Origin: Escherichia coli
GTDB taxonomy: Bacteria; Pseudomonadota; Gammaproteobacteria; Enterobacterales; Enterobacteriaceae
Length of the DNA: 64,000 nt
Direction: 5' to 3' (one strand)
NCBI RefSeq assembly: GCF_013122565.1
Contig: NZ_CP053258.1
Below the pieces are notes generated by a model. It was not told the DNA's origin and searched no databases. It worked only from the letters and a program-made list of their open reading frames with translations. Below, one piece after another: positions 1 through 12,664 of this stretch; positions within the stretch are counted from its first letter, which is position 1, and each line of letters begins with the position of its first letter. The position numbers were made by a program, and so were the translations under genes.

Positions 1-421
1 CGTCACGGCTGCGGTGATAAACCACCTGCTGAATGCCTGCGTCGCGCCACTGTTGCGCCTGTTCCCAGGTCCAGTAACCGGTCAGTTCGATCTGCACGTC
101 GCCGTTAAACTCTTTTGCCACGTCCAGAGCGCCTTTGGCGGTGTTGATATCCGCACAGCAAATTACCGTCACCCAGTCAGCGTTGGCTTCGAAGCACATA
201 CGAGAGAGGATTTTGCCCGCATCGGCAATTTTGGCATCTGCCAGCACGATTTTGTGCGGGTAAAGCGCTTTCAGGTCACGAACCGCACGCACGCCTTCGC
301 CCACACACAGAATGGTGCCCACTTCGATAATGTCGACTTCTTCGGCAATCAGGCGAGTGGTTTCGTAGGCGCTGTCCATAGTCTGGTTGTCCAGCGCGAC
401 TTGCAACATGGGTAATGACAT
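1..421 (-). CDS. ulaD: 3-keto-L-gulonate-6-phosphate decarboxylase UlaD, 5' portion only (gene runs off the window start)
   Basis: Minus-strand frame from ATG at 419-421 reads [22 protein letters not shown]... and continues to the window edge; lies directly upstream of ulaC in ula operon order. Not a complete ORF in the supplied track. Confidence 0.8.
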
Positions 422-434
422 CTTCAATTCCTTC

Positions 435-899
435 TTAAGCTGCCGCGTTGGTGCGGTCAATGAGATCCAGTACTTCCTGCTCGGTACGGCAGGCACGTAA
501 ACGGTCGAAATTCTCTTCATCTTCAAACAGGTTGACGATCTGCATGATGCCCACTTCCTGGTGAGTGTTGGCATCGACCGCCGCCATGGTGATGAGGATA
601 TCCACCGGGTCGTTATCTTCGTGGTTAAACACCAGAGGCTTTTTCAGCGTCACCAGCGCAAAACCGGTTTTCTTAACACCCTCTTCCGGCCGCCCGTGCG
701 GCATCGCCAGCCCCGGAGCGATAACGAAATAAGGGCCAAACTGTTCCACGCCATCCAGAATCGCCTGGTAATAGCGCGGCTCGACAACGTCCGCCGCCAC
801 CAGCAGATCGACGCCGATTTTCACCGCGTCCTGCCAGGTTTCAGCTTCAGCCTGCAGGCGGATGGATTTATTTTCAGCCAGCGAATCACGTAATTTCAT
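435..899 (-). CDS. ulaC: ascorbate-specific PTS enzyme IIA
   Basis: ORF track 435-899(-), 154 aa; recognised as UlaC; 10-bp gap to ulaB. Confidence 0.9.
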
Positions 900-908
900 G
901 GCGCGTCC

Positions 909-1214
909 TTACTTCACATCCTGCGGGAAATGCTCTTTGATCACTTCCAGCAGTTTCGGGCCAAAATCAGCAGGAGAGAGCATGTTGCGCACGCCAACCA
1001 CGTATTTGTTGCCGGTAACGGTGATTTCGCCCGCAATGTGCGTAGAAGCGATGATGATATCCGCGCCGCTCAACTCACTTTTGTATTCGCCAACCGCGCA
1101 GCTATTTACCGTGTGGTCAATCTTTGATTGGGTTAAAAACTGGTCCACTTTCATTTTCATGATCATGGAACTGCCTTGTCCGTTGCCACACACAGCCAGA
1201 ATACGTACGGTCAT
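909..1214 (-). CDS. ulaB: ascorbate-specific PTS enzyme IIB
   Basis: ORF track 909-1220(-); start placed at [16 protein letters not shown] (101 aa), with CGNG-type phospho-cysteine motif. Confidence 0.9.
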   Translation of the reverse strand: MTVRILAVCGNGQGSSMIMKMKVDQFLTQSKIDHTVNSCAVGEYKSELSGADIIIASTHIAGEITVTGNKYVVGVRNMLSPADFGPKLLEVIKEHFPQDVK

Positions 1215-1229
1215 AATCAAAACTCCTTA

Positions 1230-2981
<1,752 letters not shown>

Positions 2982-4046
2982 ATGAGTAAAGTGAAAAGTA
3001 TCACCCGTGAATCCTGGATCCTGAGCACTTTCCCGGAGTGGGGTAGCTGGTTAAATGAAGAAATTGAACAAGAACAGGTCGCTCCTGGCACATTTGCGAT
3101 GTGGTGGCTTGGCTGCACCGGGATCTGGTTAAAATCGGAAGGTGGCACCAACGTTTGCGTTGATTTCTGGTGCGGCACTGGCAAACAAAGCCACGGTAAC
3201 CCGTTAATGAAACAGGGTCACCAGATGCAGCGCATGGCTGGCGTGAAAAAACTGCAGCCAAACCTGCGTACCACCCCGTTTGTTCTTGATCCGTTTGCGA
3301 TTCGCCAGATCGACGCGGTACTGGCGACTCACGATCACAACGATCATATCGACGTCAACGTCGCTGCTGCTGTGATGCAGAACTGTGCTGATGACGTACC
3401 GTTCATTGGACCGAAAACCTGTGTGGATTTGTGGATTGGCTGGGGCGTACCGAAAGAGCGTTGCATCGTGGTCAAACCGGGCGATGTAGTAAAAGTGAAA
3501 GACATTGAAATTCATGCGCTTGATGCTTTCGACCGTACTGCACTGATCACCCTGCCTGCCGATCAAAAAGCGGCTGGCGTATTGCCAGATGGCATGGACG
3601 ATCGCGCAGTAAACTACCTGTTCAAAACGCCTGGCGGCTCCCTGTATCACAGCGGCGACTCCCACTACTCTAACTACTATGCAAAACATGGTAATGAGCA
3701 TCAGATCGACGTGGCTTTAGGTTCATACGGCGAAAACCCGCGCGGTATCACTGACAAAATGACCAGCGCCGATATGCTGCGTATGGGTGAAGCGCTGAAT
3801 GCGAAAGTAGTGATCCCGTTCCACCACGATATCTGGTCAAACTTCCAGGCCGATCCGCAAGAGATCCGCGTGCTGTGGGAGATGAAAAAAGATCGTCTGA
3901 AGTATGGCTTCAAGCCGTTTATCTGGCAGGTTGGCGGCAAATTTACCTGGCCGCTGGATAAAGACAACTTCGAGTACCACTATCCGCGCGGTTTCGATGA
4001 TTGCTTCACTATTGAACCGGATCTGCCGTTCAAGTCATTCCTGTAA
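2982..4046 (+). CDS. ulaG: L-ascorbate-6-phosphate lactonase (metallo-beta-lactamase fold)
   Basis: ORF track 2976-4046(+); start taken at second ATG ([12 protein letters not shown], 354 aa); HxHxDH-type metal motif (ATHDHNDH). Confidence 0.9.
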
Positions 4047-4153
4047 TCTGTCGTTTATACCGGATAGCGTGGAGAAGTTCGCGCTATCCGGCGTAGTATT
4101 TCCTGGCTATTTCAAATATCATCTAAAAAAATCAAATTTTATCGGAATAGCTC

Positions 4154-4909
4154 ATGACTGAAGCACAAAGACATCAAATCCTCCTGGAAATGCTCGCACA
4201 ATTGGGCTTTGTGACCGTTGAGAAAGTCGTTGAGCGTCTGGGAATTTCGCCTGCCACTGCGCGACGCGATATCAATAAACTTGACGAAAGCGGCAAACTG
4301 AAAAAAGTGCGCAATGGCGCAGAAGCTATTACCCAACAGCGCCCGCGCTGGACGCCGATGAATCTGCATCAGGCGCAGAATCACGATGAAAAAGTACGTA
4401 TTGCTAAAGCGGCCTCGCAGCTGGTTAATCCGGGCGAAAGCGTAGTCATCAACTGCGGCTCCACCGCGTTTCTGCTTGGGCGGGAAATGTGTGGCAAGCC
4501 AGTGCAAATCATCACTAATTATCTACCGCTGGCAAATTACCTGATCGATCAAGAACATGACAGCGTGATCATTATGGGCGGACAGTACAACAAAAGTCAG
4601 TCCATCACTTTAAGCCCGCAGGGCAGCGAAAACAGTCTCTATGCCGGGCACTGGATGTTTACCAGCGGTAAAGGGCTGACCGCAGAAGGGTTGTATAAAA
4701 CCGATATGCTGACGGCAATGGCAGAGCAGAAGATGCTGAGCGTGGTAGGGAAACTGGTGGTACTGGTTGATAGCAGTAAGATTGGCGAACGCGCGGGAAT
4801 GCTTTTTAGCCGTGCCGATCAAATTGATATGCTGATCACCGGCAAAAATGCTAACCCGGAAATCCTGCAACAACTGGAAGCGCAAGGGGTCAGCATTCTG
4901 CGTGTTTAA
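4154..4909 (+). CDS. ulaR: DeoR-family transcriptional repressor of the ula operon
   Basis: ORF 4154-4909(+), 251 aa; N-terminal HTH and DeoR-type sensor domain; recognised as UlaR. Confidence 0.9.
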
Positions 4910-5655
4910 AGATGCTGGCGGAAAAATGTCACGGCAGCATCTAACGCTTCAGGCGTAATGCGGTGACGCACGCCTGGCTGCCATGAACAGATTAGCAGTT
5001 TATCCCGTCCCGTCTCGCTTAAGGCCTGCTGCAAACGTAGTGATTCTTCGGCAGACACAACGTCATCGTCGAGGCCATGCCACAGCAGTAGAGGTCTGTC
5101 ACCAAGTTGTTCCAGGTGGTTTGTCGCTTCCCACTCTGCCAGCGGCGCGATAATGTTATTGAATTCATTCTGCTGTGCTGCCGTTTCAGGTATCAGCGGT
5201 GGAAACAGTGAACGGGCGAGTGATGTAAAATAGCCCGATCCCATCATGCTGGCGGTACATCTCACCGTGGGGTGGCGAGCGGTAATCCCCAATGCCGTCA
5301 TCGCGCCCATCGACGCGCCACCGACTGCCAGACGGTCATCAAGCAGCCAGTTTTCTTCGGCTATTGCCGCACGTAAAGTAGTGAATTCCTGCATACTTTG
5401 TAGCAAGATTTGCCAGAATTGATTTAACCGCCGCGCTGCGTCGCCACTAAAACGGCTACCGTGAACGGGCGCATCCGGCATGATCACCCGCAAACCAGTC
5501 TGCGCCAGCGCAACGGCAAAATAGCTATACACCAGACTGGACGAAGTAAAGCCGTGATAAAAAATCACGCACGGTAACGGGGTATCTTTTTGTCCGACAG
5601 GATAAGCATGAAGAACGGGAATATCTGCCAGCTCGCGTGATTCTATTTCAATCAT
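4906..5655 (-). CDS. yjfP: alpha/beta-hydrolase esterase
   Basis: ORF 4906-5655(-), 249 aa; GxSxG nucleophile elbow (GASMG); converges on ulaR with overlapping stop codons. Confidence 0.85.
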
Positions 5656-5836
5656 CTGTCTCTCCTTTTTGTCTGGTATGACATGAAGAAATCCTTAGCA
5701 CAAGTTTCTGTTGGCGGTATTAGTTCATAATGTTGAGATGTGGATTACGCTTTCGTCACGTTTTCATTCGAAAATCGCGTACCAGGTAACAATTCGGGAA
5801 CATTCCCCCAAAGTTAAATTAATAAGGCACTACACT

Positions 5837-6166
5837 ATGGTTAGCAGGAAACGTAATAGCGTTATTTACCGGTTTGCCAGTTTATTATTGGTGTTGATGT
5901 TAAGTGCCTGTAGCGCACTGCAAGGTACGCCACAGCCAGCACCACCAGTAACCGACCATCCGCAAGAGATTCGCCGCGACCAGACGCAAGGGTTACAGCG
6001 AATAGGTAGCGTAAGCACGATGGTTCGGGGTTCTCCGGATGACGCATTAGCAGAAATCAGAGCGAAAGCTGTCGCTGCAAAAGCTGATTATTACGTTGTC
6101 GTCATGGTGGACGAAACCATCGTCACAGGACAGTGGTATTCACAAGCCATTTTGTACCGTAAATAA
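5837..6166 (+). CDS. bsmA: DUF1471-family small lipoprotein (biofilm/peroxide stress protein BsmA)
   Basis: ORF track 5711-6166(+); start placed at ATG 5837 (MVSRKRNSVIYRF, 109 aa); signal peptide with LSAC lipobox. Confidence 0.8.
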   Translation: MVSRKRNSVIYRFASLLLVLMLSACSALQGTPQPAPPVTDHPQEIRRDQTQGLQRIGSVSTMVRGSPDDALAEIRAKAVAAKADYYVVVMVDETIVTGQWYSQAILYRK

Positions 6167-6314
6167 ATCAGAAAACTTACATAGTCAGCTTTACATTGCT
6201 TTGCGTCCCTATGCGTTTACCTGTGCACAATAAATTACCGGCTGGAAGCCTGGGCGTTTATTACCGCGATGGAATGCCCTGCAACATGTGGGGAAATGAA
6301 AAATGGAGCTGACG

Positions 6315-6590
6315 ATGAAACAATTACTTGCCTCACCCTCGCTGCAATTAGTGACTTATCCTGCGAGCGCCACGGCACAGTCTGCAGAATTCGCCAGTGC
6401 TGACTGCGTGACGGGCCTGAATGAAATAGGTCAGATCTCAGTTAGCAATATTTCAGGGGATCCGCAGGACGTGGAACGTATCGTGGCGTTAAAGGCCGAT
6501 GAACAAGGTGCGTCATGGTACCGCATTATTACCATGTACGAAGACCAGCAGCCTGATAACTGGCGTGTACAGGCGATACTGTATGCATGA
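6315..6590 (+). CDS. yjfN: DUF1471-family small secreted protein
   Basis: ORF track 6303-6590(+); start placed at MKQLLASPSLQ (91 aa); paralogous in architecture to bsmA. Confidence 0.8.
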   Translation: MKQLLASPSLQLVTYPASATAQSAEFASADCVTGLNEIGQISVSNISGDPQDVERIVALKADEQGASWYRIITMYEDQQPDNWRVQAILYA

Positions 6591-6615
6591 GTGTCATCTA
6601 CAGCAAATGAACAAT

Positions 6616-6650
6616 GCCGGATGCGGCGCGAGCGCCTTGTCCGGCCTACA
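6616..6650. repeat. REP (repetitive extragenic palindrome) element
   Basis: gccggatgcggcgcgagcgccttgtccggcctaca, a canonical E. coli REP palindrome between yjfN and aidB. Confidence 0.8.
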
Positions 6651-6706
6651 ATTTTCACATATTTCATTGAGTTAATCGAAACCAGCGTCGCATCAGTCGT
6701 ATACGC

Positions 6707-8332
6707 TTACACACACACTCCCCCCGTCGCCCGCAGCAATAAATCATTCTGGATCTGCTCTGACAACCGTACGCCGCCGCGCGTATCTAACATCACCTGG
6801 CACCACGCCTGTGCCATTGGCGGAGAGGCATATTTCAACATTTGCGCACCGCAGCCCAGCAGGAATAGCTGATGAGTAATCTCTCGCCCCAGTTCTTCAG
6901 CAGGCTTACGCAGCTGCTGCTGTAAACGACGAACCGCGCGATCAAAATAGCGATCCTGCCCTTTCACTTCCACAAATGCTTCCGACAATAAGTCGTATAC
7001 GCCCGCTTGCTTATTGAGAACGCGCAGCACATCCAGGCACATAATATTGCCGGAACCTTCCCAAATACTGTTTACCGGCATCTCCCGGTAAAGCCGCGGC
7101 AACTCGCTCTCCTCGCAATAACCAATGCCGCCCAGCACCTCCATCGCTTCGGCCACAAACGGCATACCTCGTTTGCAGATCACAAATTTTGCCACAGGCG
7201 TAAATAAACGCGCCCACAGGGCTTCTTTGGCATCGGCACGCCGGTCCCACGCTCGCGCAAGACGAAACAGCAACGCCGTTTGCCCTTCAAGCTGAAGTGC
7301 CATGCGACTTAAGACATGACGCATAAGGGGCTGTTGGATCAATGGATTACCAAAAACATGGCGTTGATGCGCATGATAAATCGCCAGCGAGAACGCACGG
7401 CGCATCATGGCATGGCTACCCAGGGCGCAATCAAAACGCGTCATCCCACCCATTTTCAGGATCAGACGAATTCCTTCCCCTTCCTGCCCCAACAACCAGC
7501 CAATGGCATCCTGAAACTCCACTTCGCAACTGGCGTTAGAGCGATTACCCAGCTTATCTTTCAGCCGCTCGAGGCGAATCGCGTTACGTTGTCCGTCAGG
7601 CAAAAAGCGCGGCACAAAAAAGCAGGACAGACCGCCCGCGGTCTGCGCCAGCACCAGATGCGCATCGCTTTGCGGCACCGAGAAAAACCATTTATGCCCC
7701 ACCAGCCGATAAGAGCCATCTTCCAAACGCTCTGCACGGGTGGTGTTGCTCATGACATCGGAACCACCCTGCTTTTCCGTCATTCCCATGCCAATCAACA
7801 AACCGCGTTTTTGCCCACCTGGCAATAAGTGAGAATCGTAGCGATCGCTCAGCAGCGGGGTGGTCCAGTCCTGAAACGGCGCGGGTAACATCTGTAACAG
7901 CAATGGCGTGGCGGCAAAGGTCATGGTTATCGGACATAACGACCCTGCCTCAACCTGTGCGTGCAACATAAAACGCGCCGCGCGCGCCACAAATGCGCCG
8001 GAGCGAGCGTCTTCTTCCCAGGCCAGATTGTGCACCCGATTGGTACATAGCGCCTGCATCAGCAGGTGCCAGGCGGGGTGAAAACGCACATCGTCCAGAC
8101 GGCGTCCTTGCGCATCGTAGCGCAATAATTCAGGCGGATTCACATTCGCCAGCCGCCCCAGTTCAAGGGATTCAGCCGTTCCTAACTGCTGACCAATACT
8201 GGCTAGAAAATCGCTATCCCAGCCAGCACCTTCACGCGTTACCGCTTCGCAAAGCGCGCCATCAGACAGGTATAAGTTGCTGTTATTTAATGGTATAGGT
8301 TGATTAAAAACGGTGTGAGTTTGCCAGTGCAC
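6707..8332 (-). CDS. aidB: acyl-CoA dehydrogenase-family adaptive-response protein AidB
   Basis: ORF track 6707-8350(-); probable GTG start at 8330-8332 (VHWQTHTVFNQ..., 541 aa); acyl-CoA dehydrogenase fold. Confidence 0.85.
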   Translation of the reverse strand: MHWQTHTVFNQPIPLNNSNLYLSDGALCEAVTREGAGWDSDFLASIGQQLGTAESLELGRLANVNPPELLRYDAQGRRLDDVRFHPAWHLLMQALCTNRVHNLAWEEDARSGAFVARAARFMLHAQVEAGSLCPITMTFAATPLLLQMLPAPFQDWTTPLLSDRYDSHLLPGGQKRGLLIGMGMTEKQGGSDVMSNTTRAERLEDGSYRLVGHKWFFSVPQSDAHLVLAQTAGGLSCFFVPRFLPDGQRNAIRLERLKDKLGNRSNASCEVEFQDAIGWLLGQEGEGIRLILKMGGMTRFDCALGSHAMMRRAFSLAIYHAHQRHVFGNPLIQQPLMRHVLSRMALQLEGQTALLFRLARAWDRRADAKEALWARLFTPVAKFVICKRGMPFVAEAMEVLGGIGYCEESELPRLYREMPVNSIWEGSGNIMCLDVLRVLNKQAGVYDLLSEAFVEVKGQDRYFDRAVRRLQQQLRKPAEELGREITHQLFLLGCGAQMLKYASPPMAQAWCQVMLDTRGGVRLSEQIQNDLLLRATGGVCV

Positions 8333-8415
8333 TGTGTCTCCCTCCATCAATGGCAGTCACCATTAGTATGGTCACTGCCATGGATTCATGACAGAAAGAG
8401 ATTGCTAAAACATTC

Positions 8416-9579
8416 TTATCCAGCAATGTAATGCGGAACGAAACGTGAGGTGTCTTTGGTGATCAGTGTGTTATCTTCACGGATCCCCATTCCGCACGCT
8501 TCATCATCGACAATCCAGCTACCGATGAGTGTGTAGCTATCGCCAAACCGCGGCAGAGGTTGAAACGCCTGGTAGATCATCGGTTCATCGGCGTAATCAC
8601 CATCAGCGTGGTCAACGACGTTATTCTGGCCGTCGAAAATGGTGACATTTCCGCCTTCACGCGAGTAGATCGGTTTACGCACATAGCTTTCGCCAGCGGC
8701 AATCTGCGGTTTTTCACCCTCAAACCAGGATGCAAGAAGGTTAGGATGACCAGGGAAGAAGCGCCAAAGCAGCGGCATTAGCCCTTTATTACTCAAGATA
8801 CTTTTCCATAACGGCTCCACCCATTGCTCGCGATGCTTGCGCAGCAGCGGACCGTTATCGTCACGCATCATCCACTCAAGCGGATACAGCTTAAATGCAC
8901 GCTGGATGACATTATCATCAAGATCGGTCAGTACGCCGCCGACGCCCAAACCGAGATCTTCAATGTAGATAAACCGCGACTCCTGCCCTGCCTGCTGGGC
9001 GCAGTCCTGCAAGTACAGCACGGTACTCCTGTCTTCATCGGTGTCCTGACAGCAGCAGAAATAAAACGGCTCCCGGCTATAAAGCTCGCTAAAGCGTGAA
9101 ATCAGGCGTTCCTGAATGGCATTGTACTGATCGGCATCACGCGGAATAATGCCGCTGCGCCGGGCATCCTCCAGCCACAACCACTGGAAATAAGCCGACT
9201 CATACAACGAGGTCGGCGTATCGGCGTTGTACTCCAGCAGCTTCACCGGCGCATTGCCACACCAGGCAAAATCCATCCGGCCATACAGCGAAGGATCGCG
9301 TGCGCGCCAGCTTTCAGCGATCACATCCCAGTACAACGGCGGGATCGCCAGTTGCGTCAGGATCTCTTCGTCTTTAACCGCGCGATCCACCACCTCAAGG
9401 CACATCTGATGCAGTTCCGCAGTCGGTTTTTCGATCTGCTCTTCAATCTGGCGCAGAGTAAAACGGTAAGCCCGACTCTCGTCCCAATAGATTTCATTGT
9501 CGATGATATGAAAGTCGAAACCGTTGTCAGCGGCGATTTGGTCCAGATCCCGCCGCACAGGAACGTTGTGTCTCAGCAT
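8416..9579 (-). CDS. yjfC: glutathionylspermidine-synthetase-like ATP-grasp protein
   Basis: ORF track 8416-9594(-); start placed at MLRHNVPVRRD (387 aa); last gene of the yjfIJKLMC operon. Confidence 0.85.
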   Translation of the reverse strand: MLRHNVPVRRDLDQIAADNGFDFHIIDNEIYWDESRAYRFTLRQIEEQIEKPTAELHQMCLEVVDRAVKDEEILTQLAIPPLYWDVIAESWRARDPSLYGRMDFAWCGNAPVKLLEYNADTPTSLYESAYFQWLWLEDARRSGIIPRDADQYNAIQERLISRFSELYSREPFYFCCCQDTDEDRSTVLYLQDCAQQAGQESRFIYIEDLGLGVGGVLTDLDDNVIQRAFKLYPLEWMMRDDNGPLLRKHREQWVEPLWKSILSNKGLMPLLWRFFPGHPNLLASWFEGEKPQIAAGESYVRKPIYSREGGNVTIFDGQNNVVDHADGDYADEPMIYQAFQPLPRFGDSYTLIGSWIVDDEACGMGIREDNTLITKDTSRFVPHYIAG

Positions 9580-9581
9580 GA

Positions 9582-10220
9582 TTAGCCTCCCCAATGCCCA
9601 CGGGCGCTGGAAGAACGACCATAGCCGCCGCGTGAAACGGTCGACGCTTTTCTGGTGGTAAAGCCGCCTGAAGAGTAAGACTCTTTTTTGCCAGAACCGG
9701 AGCGCCAGGAGTAATCACCAGAAGTGTTGCGCCAGACGGGGCGCGAAGCAAAAGATGAACCGCCGCTGTTATAAACAAACTGCTCATCGCGATCTTTACG
9801 AATAACCCGGCTTAACAAAAATCCAGAAACGACCGGGATCCAACTCTGTTCAACATTGTCGTAGTAGCAATTTTCGTACTTAGACTGACAATTCTGCTGA
9901 GTCATATTCTTCGGAACATCGGCATAAAATGCTGCTTTGGCGTTGTTCCAGCCACGCGCGCAAATGTCTGCATTATTACCGTCATCAATACAATCCTGCA
10001 CAGTCGAGTAAAACGTTCCGTCGCCGTCGTTATCGACATCGCTACTTTCACTCCATCCTTTGACTATTAAAAAAGCGGCACCGCCCATAAGCGCCAACGT
10101 TAAGTATTTTTGTGCGTAACGATTGCGACGCGGTTCAAAAGGATTATTCGGTCTACCAATGCGACTGATCGCTCCGTGACCAATTTTACTGTTATTTCTT
10201 GATTTGCGTTTTCTGGCCAT
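9582..10220 (-). CDS. yjfM: DUF1190 protein with basic N-terminus and Gly/Ser-rich C-terminal tail
   Basis: ORF 9582-10220(-), 212 aa; 2-nt gap to yjfC suggests translational coupling. Confidence 0.8.
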   Translation of the reverse strand: MARKRKSRNNSKIGHGAISRIGRPNNPFEPRRNRYAQKYLTLALMGGAAFLIVKGWSESSDVDNDGDGTFYSTVQDCIDDGNNADICARGWNNAKAAFYADVPKNMTQQNCQSKYENCYYDNVEQSWIPVVSGFLLSRVIRKDRDEQFVYNSGGSSFASRPVWRNTSGDYSWRSGSGKKESYSSGGFTTRKASTVSRGGYGRSSSARGHWGG

Positions 10221-10229
10221 GATCGTCCA

Positions 10230-10628
10230 TTACCATGTCATACAAGCTGCGTTAAAAATACCGCCAGCCAGCGCGGCGGTTCCCATAAACATTCCTGCTG
10301 CGGTATTGTGATTAATAATTTTTTCGCTTAATGCGGGCATATAAAGTCTGACACCAGCAAAAACGAGTAACTGAATCACTAGTGCGATCCCGCCCCAGGC
10401 GAAATAGTCTGGAATACTCACCGCATTGATTGCCGCACTGGATAAGGGGATCACGTAACCCAACAATGTACCGCTGAATGCCAGTGACGCCGCGGTATTA
10501 TTGTTTTTGATTAATTGCCATTCGTTGTGCGGTGTAATTTTGGAGTAGATAAACAGAAAAATAATCACCATAGCCACGCCAATAAAAAAATAGGCACTAA
10601 AGGCAAGAAGTGAATCCAGTATATGCAT
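10230..10628 (-). CDS. yjfL: DUF350 inner-membrane protein
   Basis: ORF track 10230-10709(-); start placed at MHILDSLLAF (132 aa); four predicted TM helices. Confidence 0.8.
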   Translation of the reverse strand: MHILDSLLAFSAYFFIGVAMVIIFLFIYSKITPHNEWQLIKNNNTAASLAFSGTLLGYVIPLSSAAINAVSIPDYFAWGGIALVIQLLVFAGVRLYMPALSEKIINHNTAAGMFMGTAALAGGIFNAACMTW

Positions 10629-10645
10629 TGTAAACGTCCTTGTAA

Positions 10646-11305
10646 TTAACCAATAATATGAAGTGATGTCAGCGGGATATCGACACCCAACGCGCGCGAA
10701 AATAACCACTCTGGCTCGCCGAGATCGTTAAAAGATTCCTCACCATTTAATAGCAAATATTCGTAAGTATCTTCAGTCACTTGCCGTTGGTAGCCCATGG
10801 TAAAATTATGGACCTCCCATTTGGCATGGTTTTGATTTTCTACTTTTTCCAGCATGTAGACGGGTTCGATATTTCCCGGTTCTTCGCTGTTAAAAAATCG
10901 CTGCCAGCGTTTTTCCTGCCAGTTTAAGGTCATTGCCCCCATCGCTTTGGCGTTGATCGCCTCGCGCCAGTGACTCTCTTTACTGATACCGTAGCTCTCT
11001 TCATAGACAAAGAGCTTGATATCATCAATGTCATCAATATCTTTGCCGCCGGTAGTATTGATTTGCAGAAACTCATCGCCTGAAGTGTAGTAGCGGAAAA
11101 TCTGGCTACCGCCGCCCAGATCGATGTGACTGACAGCGGCTACCGTAAATTCCTCACCCGGCAGCGCAATCAGCAATTCATCTTCCAGCAAACGAAACGC
11201 TAACGTGTCGAGCGTAAAGCCACTATTGAGATGAAGTCCCAGCGGACCGCGAGCGATAGCAGGCTTATTATCCTTGCCAAACAGACGCTGGAAAAAACCA
11301 GACAT
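10646..11305 (-). CDS. yjfK: DUF2491 protein
   Basis: ORF 10646-11305(-), 219 aa; recognised as YjfK. Confidence 0.8.
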   Translation of the reverse strand: MSGFFQRLFGKDNKPAIARGPLGLHLNSGFTLDTLAFRLLEDELLIALPGEEFTVAAVSHIDLGGGSQIFRYYTSGDEFLQINTTGGKDIDDIDDIKLFVYEESYGISKESHWREAINAKAMGAMTLNWQEKRWQRFFNSEEPGNIEPVYMLEKVENQNHAKWEVHNFTMGYQRQVTEDTYEYLLLNGEESFNDLGEPEWLFSRALGVDIPLTSLHIIG

Positions 11306-11355
11306 ATTTTATCCTTAAAATAGTTGCCAGCCTTGCAGTGAGGCTGGCAAAAAAA

Positions 11356-12054
11356 TTACTCGCCCTGTTGGCGTTGCAGTCTTGCTAATACATCCTGGGC
11401 GCTACTTTTATTGCTACCGCCAATTCCGGCTTCTGCCAGCTTTTCGTCAAGGTCGCGACCGTCTGCGACTTTCTCCAACTGTGCGGCAGCATCCAGGCGA
11501 GCCTGACGTTCGGCCTGACGCGTTTGCAGGCGTTTTAAGGATTCTGCCGCTGTCGAAACGCTGGAAGATGCGCCAACGGTAGAGGTTGTTACAGCCTGTT
11601 GTGCACGCTGCATGGCTTCAGTGGCTTTAACGACTTCCATTTGCTGCTCAAACTGAGCGATACGCTGCGCTGTCGCTGTAACTGCTTTTTCCACGCCATC
11701 ACGGGAGACTTCCAGATTCGACAACACTTGCTCTTCAGCGGTAATGAGATTCTCAAGGCGCGCGATTTCTTCAGCAACTTCGTTAATCAACGACGGATTA
11801 ACGTTCTTGCTTAACGCTTCCAGCGCACGAGCTTCCAGACTGGCTTTGCGCTCACGTAAATCTTTCAGCTTATCGTGACTTAACTTCACCCGCGCCAGCA
11901 GATCAACGCGAGATTTTCCGGCTTTATCGAGTTCAGCTTTAGCGTCACGAATATGCTGTTCCAGCATGCGCACACCCTGGGTTTCTTCAATGGATTCTTC
12001 CGCCTGAGAGATAAACGATTTCCCCAGCGTAAATAAACTTTTTAAAATTCCCAT
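11356..12054 (-). CDS. yjfJ: PspA/IM30-family protein (phage-shock protein A paralogue)
   Basis: ORF 11356-12054(-), 232 aa; long coiled-coil with Glu/Arg/Ala-rich heptads typical of PspA/Vipp1. Confidence 0.85.
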   Translation of the reverse strand: MGILKSLFTLGKSFISQAEESIEETQGVRMLEQHIRDAKAELDKAGKSRVDLLARVKLSHDKLKDLRERKASLEARALEALSKNVNPSLINEVAEEIARLENLITAEEQVLSNLEVSRDGVEKAVTATAQRIAQFEQQMEVVKATEAMQRAQQAVTTSTVGASSSVSTAAESLKRLQTRQAERQARLDAAAQLEKVADGRDLDEKLAEAGIGGSNKSSAQDVLARLQRQQGE

Positions 12055-12072
12055 AAATACCCGTCCTTGTAA

Positions 12073-12474
12073 TTAGTGTGAATATTCTTCTGTAATTTCA
12101 GCCAGATCCAATGCGTTATCTACCAGCGAGGTTATCTCAAGCAGGATATCTTCAAGAGAAGATTTAAGCGATAACGCACCGAAAACAATGTAATACTCTT
12201 CTTGTTGTACGCTGGAGATTCCTACCGATGACAACGGCATCATCTTCTGATTTCTTAATAAGAAGGTATTAAATTCATCTGGATTGCTGATACTACTTAC
12301 CGGACAAATAAAGGTTTCGATAATCATTTGGCGGGAAGTAAAAAGAATATTGATTTGCAAATCGCCATAATCATTCATTTTAATAATTAATGCGTTCTCG
12401 CTATTTGTTACATCAATATTTTGTTCATGTTCAGTTTGCAGCGCCGTCGCCAGCGCCAACGGATTCCATGTCAT
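12073..12474 (-). CDS. yjfI: DUF2170 protein
   Basis: ORF 12073-12474(-), 133 aa; first gene of the yjfIJKLMC cluster. Confidence 0.8.
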   Translation of the reverse strand: MTWNPLALATALQTEHEQNIDVTNSENALIIKMNDYGDLQINILFTSRQMIIETFICPVSSISNPDEFNTFLLRNQKMMPLSSVGISSVQQEEYYIVFGALSLKSSLEDILLEITSLVDNALDLAEITEEYSH

Positions 12475-12552
12475 ATATTATTCCATATAGATTAAGTTTA
12501 AATATTAATAAAATGAATATTTGCAGTACATAATTATCTTACCAGCTATAGA

Positions 12553-12580
12553 CAAAAAAAAACCATCCAAATCTGGATGG
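12553..12580 (-). terminator. rho-independent terminator of the island operon
   Basis: On the minus strand: hairpin ccatccagatttggatgg followed by a run of 9 T, about 85 bp downstream of the dehydratase stop codon. Confidence 0.65.
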
Positions 12581-12664
12581 CTATTAAGAAGAACCAAAAA
12601 TTTAACGCTATGCATACGATAAAAAATGCGCCAGTCTACATACACTGACGCTAATGATTAGTCA

